Notes under the pieces: generated by a model
Databases searched by the model: none
What the model saw: only the letters and a program-made list of their open reading frames with translations
Told to the model about the DNA's origin: nothing
Assembly (NCBI GenBank): GCA_010909165.1
Contig: VJWM01000025.1
Location: forward strand, 434,001 to 498,000
From: Anthoceros angustus
Lineage: Eukaryota > Plantae > Anthocerotophyta
Reading direction: 5' to 3'
Length of the DNA stretch: 64,000 nt
Shown: piece by piece, positions 24,926 through 36,652 of the stretch
Layout: each line of letters opens with the position of its first letter
Position numbering within the stretch: the stretch's first letter is position 1
Position numbers and translations under genes: made by a program

Positions 24926-26451
24926 CTACACCAGCAAGACTGCATTGATGCACCCATCATTCTCTGGATTGTTTGTAACTTGAGCATATTTGCCTACATA
25001 CAGGTACCTCGCATTAGATGTCACCAAAATTCTGGAATCGGCCAGCAAATCAAACTAAACTTGATCAGAGGCTCACCCCAAACAACTTTGCCGGCCGGTG
25101 TTACTAGGCCAAGCTCGCTGACGTTGACCTGCAAAAATAGTCATTACTTGCGTGAGGAATTGCATACATGTGCAAGATGCAGCAAACGTTCTGTTAACAA
25201 CAAACATACCTCAATCACTGTGCCCTTGGTTATCACTCCCATAGATGTGTACATGGGGCCATTGGGGTTCTTCTTCACACCAATGATCTCCAAGTTGAAG
25301 GTACACTTCAGCTCTGGGTGGGTGACATGGGCTTTGGTGAAACGGAGGCCCATAGGTCTAATAAAGCGCTCGTACTTCGGGGGTTTCCTTGTGAATCCAG
25401 GACCCACAAATGTCACCTTCGTCACCAATCGCTTCCACTGTTTTGCTGGATGGATACAAAGTATTTTAGAATGAATAATGAGAGATGGAATGTGGCCCCG
25501 CACACCCTACACTAATGATACCCAAAGAAAAGAAACTCACTTTTCCTTTTGCCGGAGCGAATAACACGAAACATCTCATCTTCAGCAATAGGTCGCACCT
25601 GCGGGGGGCATGAGATTGGGTCAGAACTCACACTTCAGGTACCTTTGCGCACTGTGTCCAAGAAACAAAAAGGTCACATTCTCCATGCAAACAAAAAACA
25701 GTGACTGTTTGCCCCATTACTGGCAACGCGTGGTCCACATATACCTTTGGAAGAGGAACGTCCCACTTGCCAGCCTTTTCTTTGCGCTTCTGCTTGATTG
25801 TGTTGCTAAGTACCTGTAGTAGAGTGGGACACAGATTAGACGTCTCCACCCTCGCTACTAGCTTTGAGGTCAAGACATTCAAGAGCAGGTAGATACTTTA
25901 GCTCGCGCAGTTTGTTCACGGTCGATAAGGTATGCTGGAATTGCCCCGTCCTGGACCTCATCATCAGCTCGGTGCCTATTTGCCCTCTCGCTGAGCATCG
26001 CCAGCCTGAGAAACCGCAAAGATACACATCAGCAGAAAGCCCCACACGGAACAAGAAAACATTAGGGCAGAGCTCCCAACACATACGTTTTTTTCATGGT
26101 GGCCTTCTCCTGGTACCGCTTCTTTGCAAACAGTTTACCCTTGATTCCGAGAGCCTGAATTCAACTCCAACAAATCAGTGGCCATGCAAAACACACCCAA
26201 GCAACTGCGCACAACAAAGTAAACTACAACAGACCTTCTGCGCAAAGGCTGCACGTTTGTGCACTTCCCGTGCATCTCTCTTGCGTTTCTTCTCAAAGTG
26301 ATCCAAGCGGTAGCCATACCGCTTGCGGTGCAACTCAATATGATCTCCCTGCGGCTGTGGAATCACAAACAACACAGGCCTCAGCTCACGTCAAACCAGC
26401 GCTGCCTTAAACCTACAGAACCGACAGCTGAAACCAACACTTCCGTACCAT
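24926..26451 (-). CDS. NSA2: Ribosome biogenesis protein NSA2 (multi-exon, first coding exon = ATG only)
   Basis: M|[21 protein letters not shown]..; [23 protein letters not shown]; [33 protein letters not shown]; [22 protein letters not shown]. Confidence 0.95.
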
Positions 26452-26823
26452 TGTGACGGAATTATCTCAGTCAGTCCGCAGGAGGATGTTCAAAGGGAAG
26501 GTGAGAGGTCCCAGCTGGAACTGGAGGGTAAGAACTCGTTCAAGACAACACGAGCCTTCCGCTGCCTACGTGCTGCCGTTATCCGGCTGCTAAAACAGCT
26601 CTGAGAAGAAGACCAGACCGATCCAACCGACGTGAGAGCGCCACTTCCCTCGGCTCAAAGGGGCTCGGCATATACATAGGGTACAGCATATACATAGGGC
26701 GTAATTTATACGTATCTTTCTGGTACTCAACGTACAAGAAAGATACTTATACTAGAAGTATACTTATACCGTCGGCTGCTTCTTTTTGGTTGGATTTCAA
26801 CTGCTCTTAGGTCGGGTTTACAC

Positions 26824-27262
26824 TAGGGTGGTCATGACCAGGGTGTCATTTTGACCGAGTACTATCTCAGTCCCCGGGACCGCCTAGCCTGGCTACGCTC
26901 GGTCCCAGACCGAGGAGGGACCGTGCCTTTTTGCGAACCTTGGTCACTGAATATAATAATATTAAATAAATAATTTATAAATAATAATATAAAGATCATG
27001 ATCATGAGACCGCATATTGCCTCCATGATAAGATGGGTCCATGTGTCCATAATAAATATAAATCCTTGGATATAAAATTAAATAATTTACTAATTTTAAA
27101 CCGAACCTTTTATGAACCTTCGGTCCCCGAGGGTAATAGGGGATCTAGGGTGGGGACCGGGCTCCTGAAGAACCTCCGGTTCCATGTTTTTTTTAACACA
27201 TGCCGGGACCGGGACCGAGCTTGGGACAGCGTCAAAATGACACCTTGGTCATGACCACCTTG
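26824..27262. mobile_element. MITE-like element (hAT-like termini) nested at the Harbinger left end
   Basis: 32-bp inverted repeats tagggtggtcatgaccagggtgtcattttgac / gtcaaaatgacaccttggtcatgaccaccttg (29/32); AT-rich core; gggaccg/cggtccc subterminal repeats; no clear TSD. Confidence 0.7.
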
Positions 27263-27598
27263 TCAGGGGTTGGAGAGCTGGGATTGGGTGTTGCCCGTAA
27301 ACCCCTTATACACTACCCGGTCATGCCATGGTGACATGGCACGTTCTCTCACTTTAAAGCCTGCTTCGGGCCCAGGCATCGGTATCTTCTGTTATGTCGA
27401 CCCAAAACTTCTAAGCAATGGTATGTAGACATGTGGCATTCTTCAAGACTTTATTACGGTGAATATTTACCTCTTACGGTCCGTTTGGACACCCCGTTCA
27501 CCCTATTGACTCACTTTATTTTGTAGCGGGAAGCGCACCTTCTTCCACAAGTCGTGAACCTCATTTAGAAACCATTGCTTTGCTTAAGTGGGGCGGAC

Positions 27599-28877
27599 AT
27601 GGATCCGTTTCTGCGTCAGTCTTGTGAAAGTATGTTCTCGTACGTCAGTGGTGATTTCAGTGGTCAAGATCAGTGGCAAGGGAGCGGCTTCGCAGAAGGC
27701 TCACAAATAAGCGGCTTCTCGCAAGGCTCGCAAGTGAGCGGTTTTTCTTCTGCCAATAACTTTCCATAGCCATACACAGTGCCCATCCTTGGGGCATCAA
27801 CTGTTGGCAATTCCTTGCCACCTCTTGCTATGCGGGGGGTCGCTGGCCCCGTGATCCAAAGATCTCGATGGAGGCAATCAGCTCCATCAGGATGAAGATT
27901 GCGTGCAAATTGCACCTGTTCCCACCAAACGATGCCCGTCGTGGAGTGAAGAAGGAGCCAAATGTGAAGGCAGAAGCTGAACCTTCGACAGGCAGCAAGA
28001 GGGCAGATGCATGGAAAGAGTGTAAGGGTATTAAAGCCCAATGTACTTAGACTAATACACTTAGTCTAAGTTAGGTGTCAGTTAAGTATCATTAGTTTAG
28101 CTGAAGCTAATCACTAGGAAGCTTCTTGTGCTCCTTCCTAGTGGCTTCTTGTGGAGCTTCCTATGGAGCCCTGTTGGAGGGTATAAATACCCTCAGAGCC
28201 TCATCTCAATGTGAGAGAGTTACACTTGCCTCCTCCTCTCCTCTCCTCTTTCCACCATCATGGGCTGCCACACGATCCTTCAAAGAGCACCATGTGATAA
28301 ATCTCATCCATGTACGGGGTGGGATGCAGGCCGAATTTGACGTCACCAAAACAAGGTATCACACAGCCTCAAGCTCGCCTGACCATAAAATGCAACTTGT
28401 GGTCTTACAGTCTTCTCGGCCCCTTTAGGAATTGAAATTTGGAGCAAGGTGGCTGCAGCAATAGCTGCAACTTGCCATGATTTCGACAAGAATTCAGAGG
28501 CCTGTAGGCAAAAGTGGAAAATGATTTATAAGGATTACAAGGTGGACAAGGCTCACAATGCCATATCAGGCAACGACAGGTCTGAAAAATGTGCATGGTT
28601 TGAGATTGTTGACCTCTACATGCATAACTGTGCTCACGTTGTATGTGAGGCTCATATCTCTTCACACAAGAGGTCAAGTGCGGACAGTTCTTCGATGAGC
28701 GGAGTTAGCAATGAAGACATGGCCAAAGAGAGGAGGATTGGTCAAGATAATGCATCTGATGCTATCAGTCTCTTGAGTTCCATGTCCCAAAAATTGGAAG
28801 CCCTGGAGGAAAGGAAAGTGGCATTGTTAGAGAGTTTAGTGGCCACTCTGTCTACAAGATTGAAAAATCAGCCTTAG
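27599..28877 (+). pseudogene. Harbinger Myb/SANT (trihelix-like) DNA-binding ORF, interrupted by a solo LTR
   Basis: ..KRADAWKE [insert] ..EIWSKVAAAIAATCHDFDKNSEACRQKWKMIYKDYK..CAWFEIVD. Confidence 0.75.
28021..28409 (+). mobile_element. Solo LTR (389 bp)
   Basis: TGTAAG...CTTACA inverted termini; internal tataaata box followed by a CT-rich tract; splits the Myb domain; 5-bp flanks (aagag/gtctt) do not match. Confidence 0.7.
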
Positions 28878-28960
28878 TTCTACTTTTGTCTTACAGAGTT
28901 GAAAAATCAGCCTTATATAGAACAGGCTCTCTTGAGGTACACAAGCGGACTGAATGCTGA

Positions 28961-31685
28961 TCACAGTTCTTCATCACAAGACTCTAAATCTGTGTCTTCC
29001 AAAAAAACTAGCCTAGTATTCTTTTGGTTTCTGGTTTCATACAGAGCTCTAGCGATGTTCTGGATTCGCTTCACTCCTGCTTCATATCCAGGCATCTCAA
29101 CTTCGTCTTCCTGTTCCTCTCCGTGTGCAGATTGAACCCTGTGGACATTCCCCCTACCATGACGCACCCATTCAATTCATATAGAGTTTCTCGATGCTCT
29201 TGTGGCCTCCTCGTCATCATCCATATCATGAACACATGAATATGCCTCTTCGAGCCAAGCTTGATCGAATGCGTCCTTCTGGATGATGCACATGTTGTGT
29301 AGAATTAAACATGCCTCAACGACAATAGGGATGTTCTGCAGCTCCATGTCCAATCTTTTTAGCAGACACCTCCACCTTGCTTTCAAGATTCCAAATGCTC
29401 TTTCTGACCATCCTGGTGGAACTTTGAACAAAGTTCCAATGTTCCTGCTCTGGTGTCAGTCCGTCCTTAGACCCTCTATAAGGAGTGAACATGTAGAGCT
29501 GGGCCAATAGCCTCCTCTAGACAATAATGTCCGAGCTTGCCTGCATCACATTTTTGTCCAAGCTCAGATCTGGTGAACAGGTTCCAATCATTAAGACTGC
29601 CTGCCCATCCATAGTCGTAATCCCACGAGACAATTTGCGATCCACGGTTAATCAAGAAGTTGAGAGTAGAACCCTTCTCTATAGTAATCCCCTTGTTTCT
29701 GCGAGGAGCAATAATGGGGATGTGACTCCCATCGACTCCAACCATACGGGATACCTTGCAATTCAAGGAACTCTGCATATGCACCCATTCAATTCATATA
29801 GAGTTTCTCATCTTGTGGCCTCCTCGTCATCATCCATATCATGAACACATGAATATGCCTCTTGAGCCAAGCTTGATCGAATGCGTCCTTGGATGATGCA
29901 CATGTTGTGTAGAATTAAACATGCCTCAACGACAATAGGGATGTTCTGCTCCATGTCCAATCTTTTAGCATACCTCCACCTTGCTTTCAAGATTCCAAAT
30001 GCTCTTTCTACAGCCATCCTGGTGGAACTTTGAACAAAGTTCCAATGTTCCTGCTCTGGTGTCAGTCCGTCCTTAGACCCTCTATAAGGAGTGAACATGT
30101 AGAGCCTGGGCCAATAGCCTGCGTCTCCGACTAGACAATAATGTCCGAGCTTGCCTGCATCACATTTTTGTCCAAGCTCAGATCTGGTGAACAGGTTCCA
30201 ATCATTAAGACTGCCTGCCCATCCATAGTCGTAATCCTACACGAGACAATTTGCAGTCACGGTTAACTGAAGAAGTTGAGAGTAGAACCCTTCTCTGTTA
30301 TAGTAATCCCCCTTGTTTCTGCGAGGAGCAATAATGGGGATGTGACTCCCATCGACAGCTCCAACCACATACGGGATACCTTGCAATTCAAGGAACTCTG
30401 CATATGCACCCATTCAATTCATATAGAGTTTCTCATCTTGTGGCCTCCTCGTCATCATCCATATCATGAACACATGAATATGCTGCCTCTTCGAGCCAAG
30501 CTTGATCGAATGCGTCCTTCTGGATGATGCACATGTTGTGTAGAATTAAACATGCCTCAACGACAATAGGGATGTTCTGCAGCTCCATGTCCAATCTTTT
30601 TAGCAGACACCTCCACCTTGCTTTCAAGATTCCAAATGCTCTTTCTACAGCCATCCTGGTGGAACTTTGAACAAAGTTCCAATGTTCCTGCTCTGGTGTC
30701 AGTCCGTCCTTAGACCCTCTATAAGGAGTGAACATGTAGAGCCTGGGCCAATAGCCTGCGTCTCCGACTAGACAATAATGTCCGAGACGCATCACATTTT
30801 TGTCAAGCTCGGATCGTGAGCAGGTTCCAATCATTAAGGCGCCCATCCATAGTCGTAATCCCACGAGACAATTTGCGATCCACGGTTAAGCGAAGAAGTT
30901 GAGTAGAACCCTTCTCATTATAGTAATCCCCCTTGTTTGCGAGGAGCAATAATGGGGATGTGACTCCCATCGACGGCTCCAACCACATATGGGATACCTT
31001 GCAATTCAAGGAACTCTGCTGCATATGCAGCCATTTTGCTCTTTCCAGGCCACATGATGTAGGTATCGTGCAATTTGGAAACCAAGGCTCTGCAGAATTC
31101 CAAAGTAGCATTACAAACTGCAGTTGTGCTGTATCCATAGTAGTCGCTAAGAGTTTGAAGCGTGTCTCCAGTGGCCAGCCTCCTGAGAGCCATCGCAATT
31201 CTTGCGTCCACAGGAATGGCTTTCTGAAATGTGGTGTCTTGCCTGAACACCAAAGGGTCAATTTCAGCGCACAGATACTGGAAGGTGGCTTTGCTTACTC
31301 GACAACGCTCCTTGAACATCTCATTTGTGTAAGACCCAAGAAGTGATTGATCCGTAAACACTTGGTTTCGTTTCACACACCATGTTGATCGTCGTTTCTT
31401 TTTTCTCCCACTGGACTCGAACACTTCGCGATGCAAAGCCACTGCTGCAGCAGTTATGAATGTCCGGAGAGACGATGAGCAAATCTCAAGAGCACACAAC
31501 ACACCCAAAGCAAGTAAAATTTTCTCTCGACGGCCGTCATCTAACATTGCTAGATTTGTATCCTCGTTGTTGTCCCTCGCTATCATTGGAGGTACCTGCA
31601 GCATTGCTAGATTTGTGTCCTCACGGTTATCCAAGGCCATCACTGCAGGTACTTGTGAAGCCATCTCACTCTCATGCCCCTCCAT
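28961..31685 (-). pseudogene. Harbinger (HARBI1-like, DDE_Tnp_4) transposase, frameshifted, with triplicated catalytic segment
   Basis: FKERCRVSKATFQYLC..IAMALRRLATG..VVGAVDGSHIPI..LVGDAGY..HWNFVQSSTRMAVERAFGILKARWRCL..CLILHNMC. Confidence 0.9.
29164..31027. repeat. ~620-bp tandem triplication within the transposase
   Basis: gcacccattcaattcatatagagtttctc starts units at ~29164, 29781 and 30406; copies differ mainly by 1-3-bp indels. Confidence 0.9.
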
Positions 31686-31740
31686 GGTGTGGCGAGCTCA
31701 ATTGTCTTGTGAAGACCTTGTGCAAAGGCAACGTGCACAA

Positions 31741-31970
31741 AGGACAGTGAACGGGCGTGGAGTGACAAGCTTATAGAGGACAGTGAACGGGTGTGGAGTG
31801 ACAAGCTTGCGGCAATGCCCCTTTAAACGGGCGTGGAGTGACAAGCTTACAGAGGACAGTGAATGGGCATGGAGTGACAAGCTTATAGAGGACAGTGAAT
31901 GGGCGTGGAGTGACAAGCTTACAGAGGACAGTGAATGGGCGTGGAGTGACAAGCTTGCGGCAATGCCCCT
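31741..31970. repeat. 35-bp minisatellite (~6 units) upstream of the transposase
   Basis: aggacagtgaaygggcgtggagtgacaagcttayag repeated. Confidence 0.9.
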
Positions 31971-33465
31971 CTAAATATGGGGATTATGAAGAGTTTACCA
32001 TCGTGAACCATGTAACCTCATGATGTAAATAATTTATCTTGTACCATGAAGAGCGGAACGGGATGTTAGAAAATCAAGTTAACCGGTCAAGTGTACAAGC
32101 AAATGATAATCACATCCTTGTCACCATGTGTTAGATGCACAACCGGCCAGTGGTCAGTGCTTCGTGGCACTGACTGCCCGGTCATAGTGTAAACCCGCCG
32201 TTAGATTCCCAAAAACGCAAGCTTCCTTTCCAAGTTGTTGTCAGAATTGGTGGGATCAGCCCAAGGCAGACAGTGTCGGCAACATGGTCTTTCCTTTGCT
32301 CTCAGACCCTCTAGCTGCCTGATCATTTGTTGGAATAAACCGGTTGCATGTTGTTGCAGAAAAGGCCATTTCTGTAGCATGGCTGTCAAATGTTGGCACA
32401 AAGTTCCTATGTTTAGAGTCGCATCCATTAATTTGCCTGTTGCCTGTGTGGTTGACTCTTCAAGAGTGTGCAAGAAGGAAGTTGCACTAAGGCTTGCTGC
32501 TGCTACCCCAAGTGAGATAATTCTCCCACAAGGATAGGCGCCCAGGACGCGCGAGACACAGGGGAGCAGCCGCGCCATTAAAGCCGCAGTAGCAACCCCG
32601 ACATTTGACATTGGAGGTGCTTCAGCAGCGCCCTAGCACTGGGCATTGGCGACAATTTGCAGCTACAGCGAAATCGTCACCTCTGACCCTTGTCTCTTGT
32701 GGATAGCCTCACCATTTTGGCATGAGACTTGTCCTAGTCCCATGCTCTTAGAGTGTAGTGCTTTTCTGCCTTCAATCTCTAACCAATGGCAGATCTGGGA
32801 GAAGGAGGGCATTGCCAGCAATTGGATCTGGCCTGAGAGCGGGGCACGCACTTACATCGAGCAAGGACACAGATCGTGAACAGATCCAGGTGTTTAGCCA
32901 CAGCCAGATCAGATCCCCTTTTGCTGGGACTAACCTACTGGACAGTGGTTTCAAGCTTTCGCGTCTTGGTTGGGACTGGATCTGCTAGACAGTAGTCCCA
33001 AGTCCTTGCGCCTTGGCATTCCCACAGCGCCAAGATCAGCTGTTTTAGGTGGGAATAAAGTGGGATTGCCTTGAGCATTGTCAGCATCTTGTTATCGGCT
33101 GTGTTGCTGGTGCTGAGTCTTGCTGGTTGGCTTGGTGCTTTTTCAATCACTGATGTGGGGCTGATCCCCTTTTCTTGTACGTGCTTTCATGGGGGATGCA
33201 CTATGAGGAGGAGGATACAAGCCCACGTTCACAACTCGCAACATTTCCGAGTCACCCCGAGCGCCTCTGACCTAGGAGGAGGAGGACAAGGTGACAACAA
33301 CGTTGGGTAGAGGAGGTGGAGGATAACATCAAGCCCGGGACACCACCCTCTACCCCAAGATCAGGGCAGTGACCGGCTGCCCAGATCAAGCGAGACCCGC
33401 CTCGCTGACCGAGCTTCCTTCATCGGGTGCGGGACAACCTTGATTCCGAAGGAGGAGGCCCGTCC

Positions 33466-33850
33466 ATACTGGGGCGATCCCAAGTGCAGCTACGGGGCAG
33501 TCCCAAGCACGACCATCCTCGGGACAGTCCCAGGGACACCCATCCTCGGGACATTCCCAGGGGCACCCATACTGGGCAGTCCAGGCACCCATACCGGGAT
33601 CCTAGGCACCAGGGCACCCATACTGGGCTCCTGTGGGCACCCATGGATACTTGGGACAGTCTTAGGGGCACCTCCCAGGGGCACCCATACTCGGGACAAT
33701 CCCAGAGGCACCCATACTTGGGACAGTCCCAGGGGCACCTATACTCGGGATAGTCCCAGGGGCACCCTTACTTGGGACAATCCCAAGTGCAGCTACAGTT
33801 GGAACAGTCCCAGGCTCAACCATAGTCGGAATACTCGGGACAGTCCCAAC
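33466..33850. repeat. ~27-bp GC-rich minisatellite (>10 degenerate units)
   Basis: ggacagtcccaggggcacccatactcg-like units. Confidence 0.85.
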
Positions 33851-33869
33851 TCCAACTCCACTTGGACCA

Positions 33870-34700
33870 GGATCTATCCGAGGATTCAGACGCTATGGAG
33901 GGAGGAGGGACCTCTTATAAGCAAGAGCGCTTTTTCAGGAAGGCCAGGTGCACAATCATTACGGGACCTTAAGCTGTTTGTCAAGAGCATGATTAGCCGA
34001 GTGAAGTTCAAGCATGGAACGGTGTACAATCATTGGTACATGTTTGAGAAGTTGTCCAGCTACTTGACGTACAGATGAAACGCTGGATGTGTATGAGGTC
34101 CACCAGGTTGAGTTGTTGTCCACAGCAGCCACTCCTACCCCGATCTTTCATAATGCGTTGCAGCTGGCCTATAATGCAAAGTTGGCCTCGGGGATCATCG
34201 TGCATCAGGCTAGGATCGCTGATGGATCTGTCCAGCCCACAGAGCCTCCACCCACAGTCACTAGCTTGGCGTAGCAGTGAATAGCGGCCACTTTGGGAGT
34301 GGATGAGTTCATTCACGCCCAAACACGCCAATCCAAAGGGAGGAGTTTGCGGATTGGAGGCGTTTCGACTCAAGACGCTAGAGAAAATCGATGAGCTTGC
34401 TAGCTTTGCTCGCAAGAAAGGGGAGACAGTCCAGATGACCTTTCGGAGGCTGCAGAAGTTGCGTGAAGGGACTGGAATGCTCACAGATTAGGAGGCAGTG
34501 GAGAAGTTCCTTACAGCGCTGGAAGGGGTCTCCTTGTTAAGTGCTGACAAGGTCGCCTCGTTGGAGGCATCCATTGCAGCCCTCACCACGCAGATGAGTA
34601 CACTCATTGCTAGCCTTAACTGTGGTGCCTCAGCTGCAGCGTCCAAGCCCGTAGGAGCGGCCGCACTTGTTCCTACGCCAAGTGAGGATGAAGAAGACTA
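33870..34700 (+). mobile_element. Degenerate LTR-retrotransposon gag-like fragment
   Basis: ..EKIDELASFARKKGETVQMTFRRLQKL..D*EAVEKFLTAL resembles the Retrotrans_gag helix pattern; frameshifted. Confidence 0.45.
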
Positions 34701-34849
34701 TGGACCACCGCACCAAGCTTGCGTGGTTCACTGTTCGCCCATCATGGAGCATCCTCATCGTTACCAAAGAACATGGGTGGGTCAAGAATTGCAGCGATCG
34801 GCATTGCGGTGTGCATTGCCTCATCGGTAGTATCGGAGTTTCACGCAGC

Positions 34850-35770
34850 AAGCAGCAGCGTGACAAGGCAAAGGTTTCTTGCAAGTGGGTTTCCAAACAA
34901 AAAGTGAAGGGTGATGGAACCTTTGATAGGTACAAAGCCAGACTAGTTGCTAGAGGATTCTCACAAGTCCATAGTCTGGACTATCTTGAAACCTTTGCTC
35001 CAGTGGTAAAGTTGGCAACCCTATGAACATTATGTGCAGTGTCAGTGTATAAGGACTATGAACTGCAAATGTTTGACGTGAAGACAACTTTCCTACATGG
35101 GAAGCTTGACACAGAGATTTATATGTAACAGCCTCCCAGGTATGAGGTTAAAGGCAAAGAAGATTATGCCTGCAAATTGATCAAAACGCTGTATGGTTTA
35201 AAATCCAATATGGAATGGAATGTAGTCCTAGATGAGGAGCTACTAGCTTTAGGTTTTGTCAAAGGCAAAGATGATGGAAGTCTGTATGTTTACGTCAAGG
35301 GTGATGTGGTGTGCTACTTGGCAGTAGACTTGATACTTTCCAGTAACAGCCCAGTCTTCATCACGAAGATAACAGACCTTCTCACCAAGAAGTTTGAGAT
35401 GTCTAACCTTGGGCGTCTCCAAAGTTGTCTCGGCATACATATACAGCGCACTAGGGAGAAGAGGGTCATTACATTGACTCAACCTCGATATCTTTTGAAC
35501 AGTGCAAAGCCGCTGGGTCTTAAGGACGCTAAGCCAGTAGCTACACCTTTGCCAAGTGGCCTCAAGCTAAGCAAAGCTATGTCACCTACTACACAAGCTG
35601 ACAAACAAAAGACTGGGCTTCAGTGCCTTACCGTTAGGGTGTTGGAAAACTCATATATGCAGCTAACACCACCTGCCTTGAAGTAGCCTATGCAATGAGT
35701 GTGCTTTCTCAATATCTGGAAAACCTGGATAAGATCACTGGACTTGTGTTAAGCGGGTCATCATATACCT
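34850..35770 (+). mobile_element. Ty1/copia reverse transcriptase fragment (pseudogenised)
   Basis: VSCKWV..DGTFDRYKARLVARGFSQ..DYLETFAPVVK; FDVKTTFLHGKLDTEIYM; LIKTLYGLK; FEMSNLG..CLGIHI. Confidence 0.9.
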
Positions 35771-35819
35771 AATGGGACAAGATCACCGGACTTGTGTTAA
35801 GCGGGTCATCATATACCTA

Positions 35820-35861
35820 ATGTAAACATTGAACTCCTCATGAGGAGTTCAATGTTTACAT
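35820..35861. repeat. Perfect 42-bp palindrome
   Basis: atgtaaacattgaactcctca|tgaggagttcaatgtttacat. Confidence 0.95.
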
Positions 35862-35949
35862 CCTAACATTAACATCCTAAGGAGCATGAACTCCTCAATG
35901 TTAAGGAGATCATGCTCCTAATCTATGACAAGGTAACCCGGGAATAGGC

Positions 35950-36500
35950 TTTTCAGGCAGTCCACACATTTACCTACTCTCTTTTAGGCATGTAGGTGTT
36001 GGAGAGACTTTGAGGTGGGCAAGCACGATCTTGATCGATTCAAAGCTGGGCAGCAGGTGCATGCTGATGTACTGGCCACTGGCGTTGAGCCTGGTTTGTT
36101 CGTTTCTTTTCACTTGGGGATGAGCGCAAGAGAGTAGGAGCTTGTAGGATTCCCAGTGTTTGTTTGACGGACAGGAGGCTCCCATGCGTAGCAGCTTTTC
36201 GTCGCCGAGGTAGCTGAGAATGCATGTGCAGGAAATGTGCAATGCCTTGGTATTTGTGAATGTCCTGAACTCTGGGTGTTCAGTTCGACTCCAGATAGGT
36301 GACCCGTCTGCAAAGTGCTCTCCAGATCAGACAGGAGGCTCCCATGCCTAGCAGCTCTTGTGTGCCACAAACACATGTAGTATGAGCCCAGTTAGCTGAG
36401 AGACATGGGCAGGAAACGTGCCATGCCTGGTGTTTGTGAACGTCCTCAACTCCGAGTCTCCAGTCCGATTCCAGACGCAGGACCGTCTGCAAAGTGCCAT
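35950..36500 (+). pseudogene. PPR gene remnant followed by a ~160-bp direct duplication
   Basis: KAGQQVHADVLATGVEPGLFV remnant; acaggaggctcccatgc recurs at 36171 and 36331. Confidence 0.6.
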
Positions 36501-36652
36501 ACATGTCTTGTGTGGACCATGTCCATGTGGGTGCATGTCTGCTAGGGTGAATTTTGCACGAAATACACCCACTTCAATTCCTTGCGAACTTTGGAACTCA
36601 CCAACATCATCCGACATAAACCAGGCTTGTGGATCCTGCTGCACCCTTCTCA

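Larger units (their letters stand above)
26810..32200. mobile_element. PIF/Harbinger DNA transposon (~5.4 kb as assembled)
   Basis: TIRs ggtcgggtttacacta (26810-26825) and tagtgtaaacccgccg (32185-32200), 14/16 match. TTA target-site duplication at 26807-26809 and 32201-32203. Convergent Myb/SANT and DDE transposase ORFs inside. Confidence 0.9.

Noticed and set aside
31741-31970. 35-bp repeats as CRISPR or iterons
   Set aside because: Head-to-tail without spacers and inside a Harbinger element
32201-33150. Coding-like minus-strand ORF fragments
   Set aside because: No recognisable motif; interrupted by stops; cannot be assigned
33386-34078. ORFs with CPWDCPEDG / GQSQGHPY repeats
   Set aside because: Translations of the 27-bp minisatellite, open in several frames
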